Positions 34,081 to 46,984 of a stretch of 64,000 nt of DNA are shown in pieces; the first letter of the stretch is position 1; every line of letters begins with the position of its first letter. The position numbers and the translations under genes are program-made. A model generated the notes under the pieces. That model was given only the letters and a program-made list of their open reading frames with translations. It was not told the DNA's origin and ran no database searches. The stretch is from Podarcis erhardii (taxonomy: Eukaryota): NCBI GenBank assembly GCA_964252035.1, contig OZ176203.1. One strand, 5' to 3'.

Positions 34081-35481
34081 CTTCAGATATTTTGTTTTGA
34101 CTACGGCAGACCAACACGACTACCTACCTGTATCTTAAGAGAGGCATTTTTAAAAGCCATATGTCGGTGTGATAAATATTTGGTTGGCATCTGTCTGTCT
34201 CAGGAGACAATGGAGGAGTGCACCTTTGTAGGTGAAGTCAAGCTTTTGAAAGGTTACAGCGCCTGCTGTGGCTGTAGAGACCGATATGGGAGAGACATGT
34301 CTTGTTGCAGCTGGAGCAGATGAAGGCATCTGGTTGTGCAGCAGAACACCAAATGATGAGTCAGTACTTAGTCCAGAACCCCACTAGAAGTGGTCTCTTC
34401 TGTGGCATCAGAAAAAGCTTAGCTACTGACTATCAGGACAGGAACTGCCAGTGCCCCCTAGACAGACTAACCCTTTAACAGGTTTTTTTAAAGTCTGCTG
34501 GAGCCACATAATAGTGAATTAGCTTTCATTTCTAAGAATAGCATATCAAAAGCCTCCTGGACAGCCCTGTAGCTAGCCTTCCTCCTTAGGTGGGTGACCA
34601 CATTTCTAGGTGGAGTTTTTGGGTGGCGGTAGGTGCATAGCACCAACCAATTCACCGCCACCATCATTTAGTGGTGGAGATGACTTGAGAGCCAGGCCAG
34701 GGGAAGGGAAAGGCAGTGATCTTTCCCCTCACTCCTCCACACAGTGAGTAGGTTTACTTATATTATGGGCTGCTGTGTGTACAGGTCAAGTTAACTGAAA
34801 AATTAGTATGAACACCAGGAATTAAATGACTGGCATATTTTTCATTTCATAAAAAGGGTGTTAAGGGTACAGTGAACAAGGGGATACTAAAAGTTGTAAA
34901 ACAAACAAAACAGTTACACTATAACAGAAGTTCAAAACTAGTGTAGAGCTTGTTTAATCAAACACTGACTTTTAATTCTGTGTTACAACAGCACCACTAC
35001 AAAAAACAAAATCAGGTTTAGAAATACATTAACCTGCAATGTGTGCTAACCTGTAATAGATCCATTGTCCTGATATGACACATCAAAACTCCATCTTTTA
35101 AAATAAATGAGAGAGCAGCACTAAAAGCATATATTTCCATATGGAAATAAATCTATGCATTTGGAGAATGCATTACTCTTCTGTTTTTCTTTAAAATAAA
35201 TCCACTTTTTGTGGTCTGAGAAAAGACTGAAGAATTAAACAGATAAGACAGGATGATAATGTTTGGATGACGGTGACATGTGGATGCCTCATAAAAAGTG
35301 AGTGAATGAAGCATGGCAATACCATACTTAATGCCTCATGAGGAAGCATCCTGAGAAGCAAAATAAAAGTTTGTGTACACAACAGAGGTGAGCTAGTATG
35401 GGTATGCCAAGGCTCTCTGGCTCATTTATGGTACCCTATAAGTAAGTTCTTGTATTATCCATACCCTACCTGTGGTATAAT

Positions 35482-35800
35482 GGGACACAGGTGGCGCTGT
35501 GGGTTAAACCACAGAGCCTAGGTCTTGCCAATCAGAAGGTCGGCGGTTTGAATCCCTGCGATGGAGTGAGCTCCTGTTGCTCGGTCCCTGCTCCTGCCAA
35601 CCTAGCAGTTCGAAAGCACACAGTGCAAGTAGATAAATAGGTACCGCTCTGGCGGGAAGGTAAACGGCATTTCCGTGCACTTCTCTGGTTCGCCAGAAGC
35701 TGTATGCCGGCTCCCGCGGCCAATAAAGCGAGATGAGCGCCACAACCCCAGAGTCGGTCACGACTGGACCTAATGGTCAGGGGTCCCTTTACCTTTTTAC
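35482..35800 (+). mobile_element. Sauria SINE with TSD
   Basis: Canonical head and core, accttt tail. TSD tacctgtggtat at 35467-35478 and 35798-35809. Confidence 0.9.
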
Positions 35801-37403
35801 CTGTGGTATTTTTTTTTTATGTTGCACTTCATACAAATATACTGATTGAAACCCCAAGGAAATGCACAGAAGTAAATGCACAAATAAATTGCCCAGAATT
35901 AGCAGCTGGTATGCTCAATGCTCATTAGAAAATAGTTTCTAATAACAATAATAAAGACGTCAGGTTCAAGCCAAGGAAATATTTATTGTTGATTGCAGAG
36001 TTGTACAAATTAAATCTTCTGTTGACACATTCACACAATATAATCACATGTTTACCTTAGTCTAAGCCTGCAAGACTATGGTTATTTCCTTATCTGTTTG
36101 GTTAAATGCTTCTGTGTTGGAAAAGGACCTATTAACACAGCAGGGAGAAACGTCTGACAGTATCCTCTACAAAACATCCCAGCCTTCTGTGCTTCATCAG
36201 GTGGGGGATGTGTGCAGCCTAATCTCTCATCCACACAACTATTTGAGGTATAGGATGAGGTATTGTGATGACAGACATTCTCCTCTAGTTTAGCCTCAAT
36301 CCCTCATTCTATTCTTTTTCAATGTTACAGTCACTCAGCATTCGTGATAATTGTGAAACCTGTTATTCTATGAGCCACCAGCATGCCACATTGTACATAT
36401 AGTATACTGTACTCCTCACACAGCATTAAAGTGGCCCTTTAAACACAAAAGAAACAATGTTTCTTACTATGATTTCAATCTGTGTTATGACTAGGTGTAA
36501 ATCATCATATAAATGCATGTATCTTCAGTATTTTATCGGGATTATGACTGTTTGAGCAGTGGATTAGGCAACTGCTGCCAGGCATTTGGGGCTGAACAGA
36601 TCAGTTTATTTCCATTCAATCACAGTTTTGTACATGTTCAATTCTAAATTCAGTCTTTCTGGTTTTCTATATTTTTTCTTTAAGACACATAAAATCATTA
36701 CTGCTAAATTGTACATTTTTATCGCTTTTTATCCACATTTTTAATCCCCCCCCCCCATTATAGATGTGTTAGAATAATCAAAGGAAAATTTAGCACATGG
36801 CATGATAAAAGTCTATAATTTTATCAGGACAAGTTATTTGTTGTTTACTCTTGTAACAATTGTTTTCTCAAAATTTGTCTTCTGTACCATGAAAATAAAT
36901 GAAACAGTATTTTATGTATATAACTATGTTGTATATTTTTACCCCTGAAGTACACATTTTATATGTTTTTCTTTGCCTTTATCCCTAAAACACGCATTTC
37001 TTTCTGTGATATACACATTTCCCTAACTAATTTTGTAGAAGAATTGCAGCATGAAATTTCTACAGTCATTTGTTGGCTGCAAAATAGGTTGGTTCACTTT
37101 GAAATGTGGACTGGATCAAATTCTCTTCCATTTCTAACACAGTGTGTTGTATACAATGCCTCCCCAGCTGGGTTCTACTGATGCAACAGGACATCCATTG
37201 TCTCTTTTTGCCCTGTTTCCCTCCCCAAAAAGGTCCAGAGCATTCCCCAGCCCCCAGAGCTGATTTTCAGAGCCCAAAGGGGGGTGATGGAGACTGGAGA
37301 AGAGGATGCCCCACTGCCTATATGGAAGTCCCTTGTTCCAGTGAATCTGCAGCATTGGATATGGCCTGGATATAACCATCCCCTCAAAAGCCTTCATCAA
37401 CAG

Positions 37404-37404
<1 letters not shown>

Positions 37405-37455
<51 letters not shown>
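37405..37455. repeat. (ATT)n microsatellite
   Basis: About 17 units. Confidence 0.95.
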
Positions 37456-40400
37456 TCAATTTACATCCTGCCCAGGGAGGCACTTCTAGGCCAGAGATTT
37501 TCATTTGAAAAAGGAACAAGGTGTAATTTTTGTCCCTGGTAAAGTATTTCCCATATTTGCAAGGCTGGGTTACTCTAATCTTACTGTTCTTCTGGGATGG
37601 AAGGGGTTTCAATGAGGTGGAGGTGAACTTATTCCACACTCTGCTGGGCCTTGCTAGGGTGGGGGCTCTGTAGCTGTGCAGCTCCTGACTGCACCAACCT
37701 ATAGCATGGGCAGGTAGAAGACAACCATCTTCAGCAGTATCCCAACTGGATTCACTGGACCTTAATGTGGTCCAGCTGTTAGCAAACAGTCCAACCTGGG
37801 AGGTCCTGCCAAGCTGGCCTGGAGCTGGTGCAGTGATACCTGGGGGCTTTTCTGCTCCTTCTTCTTCCCTGGCTGGTATGAGTGGCTGAGCTCCAGATGC
37901 AGCAGCTACTTCACAGCCCCATTAAGCCTCGCTGCTGCCTGCCAGGAACCTGGTGGCTCCTATATATTTAATTTTAAACACTGTGTATTTGACTGCTCAC
38001 GTACAGGGATGTATTTCACAGAATACTTTCCTGTATTAAAAAGAACTGAGATAAATGCTCTTTCTGACAAACTCTGCAGATGAGTAGGTGGCACATTAGA
38101 TAAGTGCAATTGAAAAACAACTCCTGAGTTGCACATCGCTGTATCTGTTGCTGAACGAACAGATTCACCTTTTCTCTTTAAAAAAGAAAAAGGAAAACCA
38201 AATTGAGGAATGCAATGCGGTGAAAAATAGTCATTATGATTCTCAGAATTGTGATGCCTTATTAACGATTTTTTGGTTACAGCTCAACGACCCCAAAATA
38301 ATTAGCACTATGTATCACTTAGGAAGATCACTAATCTATGGTGTCTGATGTGGGGGGGGGGAGAGATATCTATATATTTCTAGAAAGATCCTCATGACGA
38401 ATCACAAAGCTTTGAACTTTTCTTCATTTTAAATATCACACAGTTTTCCATTCTGCCTGCCAGATATGCGTGAAGTGCAAGCTCAATACTGGACATTTCT
38501 CTGCTAAGATTTCACAGCTGATTTGATCTTCTACCAAAGTGACAGCATATACTGAGAATGGGATCCCTCCCAGCCTTCAGAGAACAGGGAATGCAAACAC
38601 ACATAGGGGTTTGGAAATGCCCATACTGCTCCCTCTTTCAACATTCCCCTGTGCACCAGACACCACACACTCCATCCCTTGCCTTTGAGCACTGAGTTAA
38701 AAGGTCTGAGGGGGGATTCTTGTCAGTACGCCTTTGAGCCAATGCCAACGACTGGGCTCAATAACTGGTACTGCCCCAACTGGGCTAGGTGACTGGAGCA
38801 CTTCCAGAGACCTTCCACTCCTGGAAAGCAGGTCTAAGTGCACTGGACCCACAACTGTCCATTGTGAACACCAAACTCAGCAGAGTATGAACAACACAGA
38901 AGCTTGCTGTGAAGCATAACTCTTCTTTTATTTCTGATAGCTACTGCAAACTAAAACTAAAGAGCTACTGGCTTGCATGAGTGTTACAGCTCTCACTCAG
39001 CCATCTAATTTCTACATAGACAACACACAGACTCCACACAGAGACAGGCAGGAGCGGAAGAAGCGAAGAGCAGTTTCCGCCCCCTCCTTTCTGAACACAT
39101 CGTATCAGGAGATTCTTGCAATGGGAGGGGGTGAAAATATCAACATTTCTAAGCATCTTTGCATGGATATGTGCAGGTAATCTTCATGCATCTACGCATG
39201 CAAAGAAGCTTCTAGGCACTAAAGCCATGCCAGATCTTCTTGGTCGATGTGGGAAAGTCAGAGATGAAGAATGAAGGAGCAAGTGCAGGGATGTTGGGCA
39301 CAGACCTAGCTTACACGCTTTGTGCCTTCTACTCATGTTTACATCCATCCATTTCTGACTACACAGAGTGGTGGTTGGTATCCATTGGGGCTGGTAGGGC
39401 AAAAGGCAGGGAGACCAACAACAGGTGGAGCAGACCCAACAATAGGCAGAAGTAATTAGAGTTTACTTCCCCATCCTCTTCCCTATTGAGCTCTATGAGA
39501 GGGAATGGTGAGACGAAGGAGGAAGAAGTTAGCAGGCAATGGTACAAGGGAAGAGTAGGGTAGTCCCCCATCTGCCCAAATGGACCAGCCTCCACTGGCT
39601 GCAGTGTATACTTCATCTAGAACTAGGACTTAGCATGGAAATATACAAGCACATGAGAAACAGTGTCCAGACAATTCAAAGCTCCACTAAATCTGCCTTG
39701 ACCTGGAGCAAATTACATGGTAATAGCGTATGGTGTTCTGCGCTATATGTTCAAAACAAGTCAGATCTCCCCAACCATTATAAACAAAACTTATTATGTC
39801 TGTTTGCGGCTTTTATGTCTATGAGAAACTAGGAAATGTTATATTGTAGCCTGAAGAGAAACACAATAAGATGGAAAATGGAAAAAGTTCACTCTCCCAC
39901 CCCATCCCGGATAATCTTGCAGATGAAAATCTAATATAGGAAAGCTTGTCTAGCTCTCACAAAACCGAGGGGATAGAGCCACAAGGAGAAAATTCAAAAG
40001 AATTATCGGAACATGAAATAATGCAACAGAGTAGCTTTAACATATGCAGTAACCAGGCAGTCCAGAGCAGGGACTGTGACGGATTCTCACTGTGCATTCC
40101 TGGGAATATATTCACGTGGAAGAATAGTTTGTATCTTGCTAATGTCTTGTTGTAGAAAATGAAGACAATCAGAGTTAGGCTACAATCCAATGCATATTTA
40201 CCCAATAGTAAGTGCCAAACAACTTACTTCCTGGCAGACATGCCTAACATGATGCTGTGAGTGATTTTAAATTCTTTTGGATTTGTCTCTAGACTGAGCC
40301 AAGAAGCATACAGTAAGTTATTGCCTTGCCTAACAGCACTTCTGAAATAATTTCATAGCCATAGTGGTGGGACACTTAATTGGCTCTTCCATACTTGTTT

Positions 40401-41219
40401 GTATTTAATAATAAATAACAATTATGCCATTTTAAATTTATCTTGTAACAACTTGAACATGGAATTAGTTGTTTACAGAATAAATCAATGCACTTCAGCC
40501 AACTTTGAGACATCTGAAGTAACCTTTTGACATTTAGGATATACGCACAGCAGAGTTATAGAGTCACATCTATATAAAGATATGAAATTTACTCATTGCA
40601 TGAAAGGCAGTTGACATCAGACATCCGTTTTCAAAAGGATCCCAACAGGAAGCCACAACTGCAGCCTAGAGAGATGCCTGAGTTGCTAATCTCTCCATTC
40701 CACAAAGGGTGCCAGATCTTTTGCAAAGTCATCATGCTTTCCCCAAAGCCAAGCCACATGCCCTTCAGCTCCACTAATGTACCAGATTCCCTGGATTTGC
40801 AATGCTTCCTATGGGAGGGATTCCAAAAATGACTCTGTGTGTAGCCTGCTGGCTGTCAACTGATGGCTTACTATGCCCTGGTGAGTTGAAGAAGGCAATC
40901 TAAAGGGCCCATAACACTCTGCAGGGTGGCGGGGAAAAGTTGTTGCTGGTAATAAAAGGTAAGACACAAGGCTCACAGTTTTGTAATGTCTGAAAATATT
41001 CACTTTCTATGTCTCTCCCTAGCTCAACAAAGTAATACACTTCATAAATCCATGCTATCATTTTGCAGGTTGCCTGTACTCAACTTCTTCAAACTTTTAG
41101 TACTGATTTCAAATTAAGGTTGTTATCTTTCATTTTTACATGGACGTAAGTCTTGTTGAAATCAGTGGGAACTTACTTCCTATAATCCTTGCTTAGGGTT
41201 GGGTTTGCAAGCAACTTAA

Positions 41220-41335
41220 GAACATAAGAAAAGTGTGCTGGATCAGGTCAATGGCCCATCTAGTCCATTATGCTGTTCTCACAGTGGCCAGCTAGATGCC
41301 TCTGAGAAACCTATTAGCAAGACCTGAGCACATAA
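41220..41335 (-). mobile_element. Old CR1 3' UTR fragment, interrupted by a SINE
   Basis: aagaacataaga...ctggatcagg...ggcccatctagtcca pattern. It resumes after 41470. Confidence 0.55.
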
Positions 41336-41336
41336 A

Positions 41337-41470
41337 ATCATAGAATTGTAGAGTTGGAAGGGACCACGAGAGTCATCTAGTCCAACCCCCTGCAATGCAG
41401 GAATATTTTACCCAACGTGGTGCTCAAACCCAGGACCTTGAAACAAAGAGTCTTGTGCTCTAATAAATGA
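41337..41470 (-). mobile_element. tRNA(Lys-like)/CR1-tail SINE
   Basis: atcatagaattgtagagttggaagggaccacgagagtcatctagtccaaccccctgcaatgcagg..., with short direct repeat tgagcaca on both sides. Confidence 0.75.
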
Positions 41471-42738
41471 GCACAATAGCATTCTACCCACCTAGTGGTT
41501 TCTAGCAACTTGAAAGCAGATTACCTAGTTCTGCTTTTTCCACTCATACTGCTCATGGCAAGGGAGTAAATCCTGCACATGCAGCATTTGACAATTTTCC
41601 TACTCTGCTGCTGCTAACCTAGGGGCAATTCCTACTTGCTCTTAGCAAAGTGACAAATTACAAAGTTGATTTAAGCAATCTAATTGAAACTGTTCTGCTA
41701 ATTAGTAATTGTTTGGGGGCACATGGGTGACAACTGGCTACAGGCTGTGTAGCCAAAGTCTACCTGTATTGTCATTCCTTCAGTGTATTTCTAAAACAAC
41801 TCTCATATTCAAGTACATCATGAATGCTGAGACTGGGATTATTCCATAATGGGCTTTCCACTTAAGCAATCCAGTTTTGCCTTTGTATGAGACACAGTGG
41901 CTGAATTTCAAAACTTGCCAATTGTTTAAGCGAACATTATCCTGCCACCTGCATTATTCATTGTATGTTACCCTGCTGCTGTGAATTCTGAGTTAACACG
42001 GCAAAGTTATCTTCCCCAGAAGGAGAGTTCTCCACTACAGCCAATTTGCAGCTATATTATATCAAATGTTAATGTTTAACTTGCTCCCATTATTTCATTA
42101 ACAGCCCCCATCGATAAATTATTTAAATTCCTTGTGGTCAGTAACAGGGTTTTTTGGAGCTGTTACAATTCCTTTGCATGAGGGGGATGTATTTTTGCAT
42201 TTTTAAGGGGAGGAGAGAGAGAGAAAAGAGAGAGAAAGAGACCAATGTGTCAAAATAAAATAAATAATGGAAGCCCAGATTTACCACATTCCCCATCCAT
42301 TTGCCTGTCTTGAATCTCCCATGTACTAATGTGCAGTCGGAGAAGGCCACTCCACTTCCTTGTGGAGAGGTGTTGCGGGCAGGTCACGTAAAGTGGGGCA
42401 TCTAAAATTTCAGTGAATCCTGATACTAAAAAGGGCCCATATGTTGAACATTTTCTGAGTCCCTTCTACCAGTGGGGCATGAGGGGTAGGGTGGAGCACT
42501 GACGCCATCAATCATCACTGAGCTCATTGCTGTGACACCCTGACTGATGAATGCAACATAGTCACCACAGGGAAGGGGGTTGCTATTGCTTCACCCGACC
42601 CCTGCACTGCTGCTCTTCTCTTTCTATAGCATGCATCCACTAGCATAAAAATAATGAGAGGAAACTGATGTGAATAGTCCTGTACACAGCTAGAATAAAT
42701 GTTCTGTAAACCACTGAAGATGTTTTATTTGCAGTTAA

Positions 42739-43291
42739 NNNNNNNNNNNNNNNNNNNNNNNNNNNNNNNNNNNNNNNNNNNNNNNNNNNNNNNNNNNNNN
42801 NNNNNNNNNNNNNNNNNNNNNNNNNNNNNNNNNNNNNNNNNNNNNNNNNNNNNNNNNNNNNNNNNNNNNNNNNNNNNNNNNNNNNNNNNNNNNNNNNNNN
42901 NNNNNNNNNNNNNNNNNNNNNNNNNNNNNNNNNNNNNNNNNNNNNNNNNNNNNNNNNNNNNNNNNNNNNNNNNNNNNNNNNNNNNNNNNNNNNNNNNNNN
43001 NNNNNNNNNNNNNNNNNNNNNNNNNNNNNNNNNNNNNNNNNNNNNNNNNNNNNNNNNNNNNNNNNNNNNNNNNNNNNNNNNNNNNNNNNNNNNNNNNNNN
43101 NNNNNNNNNNNNNNNNNNNNNNNNNNNNNNNNNNNNNNNNNNNNNNNNNNNNNNNNNNNNNNNNNNNNNNNNNNNNNNNNNNNNNNNNNNNNNNNNNNNN
43201 NNNNNNNNNNNNNNNNNNNNNNNNNNNNNNNNNNNNNNNNNNNNNNNNNNNNNNNNNNNNNNNNNNNNNNNNNNNNNNNNNNNNNNNNNNN
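42739..43291. other. Assembly gap (553 N)
   Basis: Run of N. Confidence 1.
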
Positions 43292-46189
43292 TTTCCATCA
43301 CCTTTGCAAGTAATCTGCTGGCCCCAAGGTTTTAGAAGTGGGTGGCAGTGACAGAAGAGGCAGCAGAGAGGGACACACTGTCAGTACTCAAATCTTTTCC
43401 AAGCTGCCCTTTTCCCCACACTGGGCTCCTATAAGAGGATGGGTGGGATAGACATTAAAGACAGAAATATAGCCTGACAATTTGGGGGTGAAAAATGCCT
43501 TGGAATGCCCAAGTTCCCTGGGAAGAGAGATTGATCGCAAAACTACCCTGACAATTGTAGCTCTGGGAGAGGACTAGGGGTCTCAGACCCTTCACAAAGT
43601 CCCCAGAATTCTCTGAGAGAAGCCATGACTGCATAAAGTGGTATCATGGTACAGCTGGGGCCCTAGAGTGAACCCCATGGAGCATAGTGGGGTATACACT
43701 TCTGACCTTACTATGCGGTTGCAATCCTAACACAATTACTAGGGGGTAAGCCCCACTTCTGAATAGGATTGGTATGCACATAGGATACCCATGATGTACA
43801 AGTGGATCATGTATGAAAAGCAGTAGTGGTTGGTGAGGTGGTGCTGACCTTGCCACTACCTTGCATTTCCCTGTCCCAGTAAAGCAACAATGGTGATGGG
43901 AGGCCATGTAAACAATGCCACCCTATCAGCCACTACTGCTAGGATGAACTGAACATTTAATATAATGTAATTCCATTGCCCACTGCTGGAATCCTGCAAA
44001 GTGAAAGGGTACTGTCTGCTTGAAAATATAAGTGTAAAAGAGTTGTTGCTGTTTTAGGGAAATAACACACACACACGCACACACACACACACACACACAA
44101 GCATCATCTTCTTTGAGTTTTGAACTTGATGTAAATGGCTTGAAGCCAATTTTCTTAGCAGCACTGAATTCTGATGTCAATAAATGACTCTGTTTCAAGC
44201 AGTTATTTTCTGGTAATTAGCAATTTAAGGTCAGGCAGCCCTGCCAAAAATGGGCAATTTCTTTAATGGGCATGGGGAAATGGTTGACCCCCAATGCACC
44301 TTTAAATCAAAGGAATATTTTTTTGGCATCATGGGAAGATTCCTTTTTGATATCAGTGCTGGGAAGCTCCACTGAGCTGGCTTGCCCCATTTTAAGCTTA
44401 AGGAGAGGATTTGAGCTGGTTGCAAATCTAGTGCTTTGAACTCTGCAAGCTCAAAATGACTGCGTAACAAATAAAAATGCTGGGAGCTCTTGAAGCTTAT
44501 TGTTCTAAAAATAACAGCAAGATCAGGATTGTTAAAGAAATTGGATCATTAGAGCTTTCTTTGACTTTCTTGTCACCTTCAGGTAGATCCAAACATCTAC
44601 AAATTTGTATGAAATATGATATTGCTATTGGGATTTACCCAGCAGCAGAGTGCAGCACAGGACAATGTGCCAAGTGATTAATTTCATCTGTGATTCTAAA
44701 TCCCCCAGCAAGATGTCAATTACAGATATAGTGAATATTATTTAGTATTTAAGCATAAGCAGATATTGTGCCCTTCCAAGTTTTTTGGGGTTTTTTATGT
44801 TGGGTCACTCAACCCAGCACTCCACAAATCTGGACCTTTTGACTTAGCAGGATAATTCCTAACAATTAATTCCAGAACCAGAACATACAGACATTGCTTC
44901 AGCCTTCAGTTCCTTAAGTTCATTTGCATCTTCCCCTCCTCTGGCTTACTAAGGAGCATGGACACACTGATAAAATGCTGCCCCCCCAAAAAACAATTTT
45001 GATGTGAGCCATGTGGTGAGGCCTTGGGAACCTAATGATACCAGCAGGCCAGCAGTTCCCCACTGCTGCTATGTTGTTATTGTTGTTGTTGTTGTTGTTG
45101 TTGTTGTCACCATCACCATCACATTATATTTCTTATCCACTCTTCCCCATAAGTTGCAGAAGACGTGCATCTGGAAATTTCATTTAATATTTTTTCAGAG
45201 AATGCTGAAGATGTACCTCTTTACTCTGGCCTTTGACACATGAGATGTATATTTTAAGGCTCCGCCCTATTTTTCTGATTGAATTCTTCGTAAAAATAAA
45301 AATTCAAAAAATAATGTGTTTTACAATATAAGCAACCCTGGAACCTTAGGGTGGTGATAAACCATAATAATACAGTGTCCAAAAGTCTTCCCAAATACCC
45401 GAGAAATAGCTACACTGAACTTGCACTGTAGGTAATTTAAAAGGTGGAGACATTTGAAAACATCCCTACTTAATAATATAGCAATGTGCAAGTTTGCACA
45501 CTAAAGGGGAGGTTATAGGACTATGAGCAAATCTAAATTTCCAGAAAGCAATTGAATCCTTCCCACAAAATACTGGTAGTCCAAATGTGACCTTCCTGTA
45601 GAATGAACATAGCTACATGATGATTCCTTTTCAAGTTTTGGAAGGGGCCTTAATTTTTTTTATTACTCTACCACCACCCTCTCTTTATCATTCTAAGCTT
45701 TCTTTATTTTTTGGCTTTGGGGTGTGTGTTTCTTTAAAAATACATCCTGGGTTTCGTAAGTATTCCCTATGAGTACTTACAACCCAAAGGTTGCTTGAGT
45801 TCTGGGAAGGCATGGTCATCAAAACCAAAGTGGTTGCAAGTTCAGTGTGGGGTTATTTGCCCATTGCCAATATTGACATAAAATCAGTGATCCAAATAAA
45901 CTCTGTGTACCCGAGACTGTGGAGAATCACAGCGGACAGATCCTCCTTTATTTCCATTTGTTTTGCTGCAGGAGTTCCAGCAGCTGTGAAGGCAACTTCT
46001 CTTTAATCTGAAAAATGGCTTCCCAGTTTGGCTGCGGTAGCTGCTGCCAATAAATTTTTGAAGAAAGCTCCAGTTACTCCCAGGCTGTTGTCTCTTTTGG
46101 ATTGTAGCCAGTGTTTAGAAATAGTACTCTCAGGGAGCTCTTGGCCTTTCTTCTTCATTATTAAATTTTAATCCTGTCCTTCATCAAAT

Positions 46190-46340
46190 GAGCTCAGATA
46201 TTAGCTTCTTCTAGTTTATCCTCACAGCTACCCTGAAGGAGATTAGCAGACCCAAAGTCACCCAGTGAACTTCATATCTGGCTGATTTGAACCTGGAACA
46301 GCCTGGTCCTCATCCGAAACTATCCACTACACCACACTGA
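46190..46340 (-). mobile_element. Degenerate Squam3/MIR-like SINE
   Basis: cccaaagtcacccagtgaacttc...atttgaacc...ccactacaccacactg is the reverse of the tRNA head and core seen at 50297. Confidence 0.5.
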
Positions 46341-46728
46341 CACTCTAACAGTGCAATCCAATGCATGTCTACTCAGAAGTAAATTGAGTGACTGCAATTC
46401 TAATCCCACCTACCTGGAAGGAAACCACACTGAATACAGTAGACATAATTGGGATTAGGCTGTTATTCCTATTGGATTGCATCGACCTAAATTATATGCA
46501 GAGTATACCTTATATGAGTGTACTATATGACTGAGTTGGATACTATGGGATTGCAACCTTAATCACATGAGGGTTTGTGTTACTTTGTCACATTTTATGC
46601 TTCTCAGTGGAGTAATCCCCTACCCATTAGTTAATACAGCAAAGTAGTAACATTGTTTCATTAACACATCTGCCTTGTTCGTTTTTTTGTTTTCCAGCTG
46701 GAGTTTTTCTCTTTTTATTGCTTTAAAC

Positions 46729-46984
46729 CAGGGGTCAGCAACCTTTTTCAGCCATGGGCCGGTCCGTGGGCCAGTCCACCGTCCCTCAGACCATGTGGTG
46801 GGTTGGACTATATTTTGAAGGGGAAAAAATGAACCAATTCCTATGCCCCACAAATAATCCAGAGATGTGTTTTAATTAAAAGCACACATTCTACTCAGGT
46901 AAAAACACACTGACTGTGCACGGGCAGGATTGAGAAGGTGATTGGGCCGCATCCAGCCCACGGGCCTTAGGTTGCCTACTCCTG
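46729..46984. mobile_element. hAT MITE
   Basis: TIR caggggtcagcaacc ... ggttgcctactcctg. 8-bp TSD ctttaaac/ctttaatc with 1 mismatch. Confidence 0.8.

Noticed and set aside
37990-38185. Minus-strand segment between a strong acceptor and a gtgagc donor
   Set aside because: One frame is open, but the peptide is unrecognised and has no compatible neighbouring exons. More likely non-coding.
42699-43313. 204-aa and 188-aa ORFs in the track
   Set aside because: Artefacts of the N gap (poly-X).
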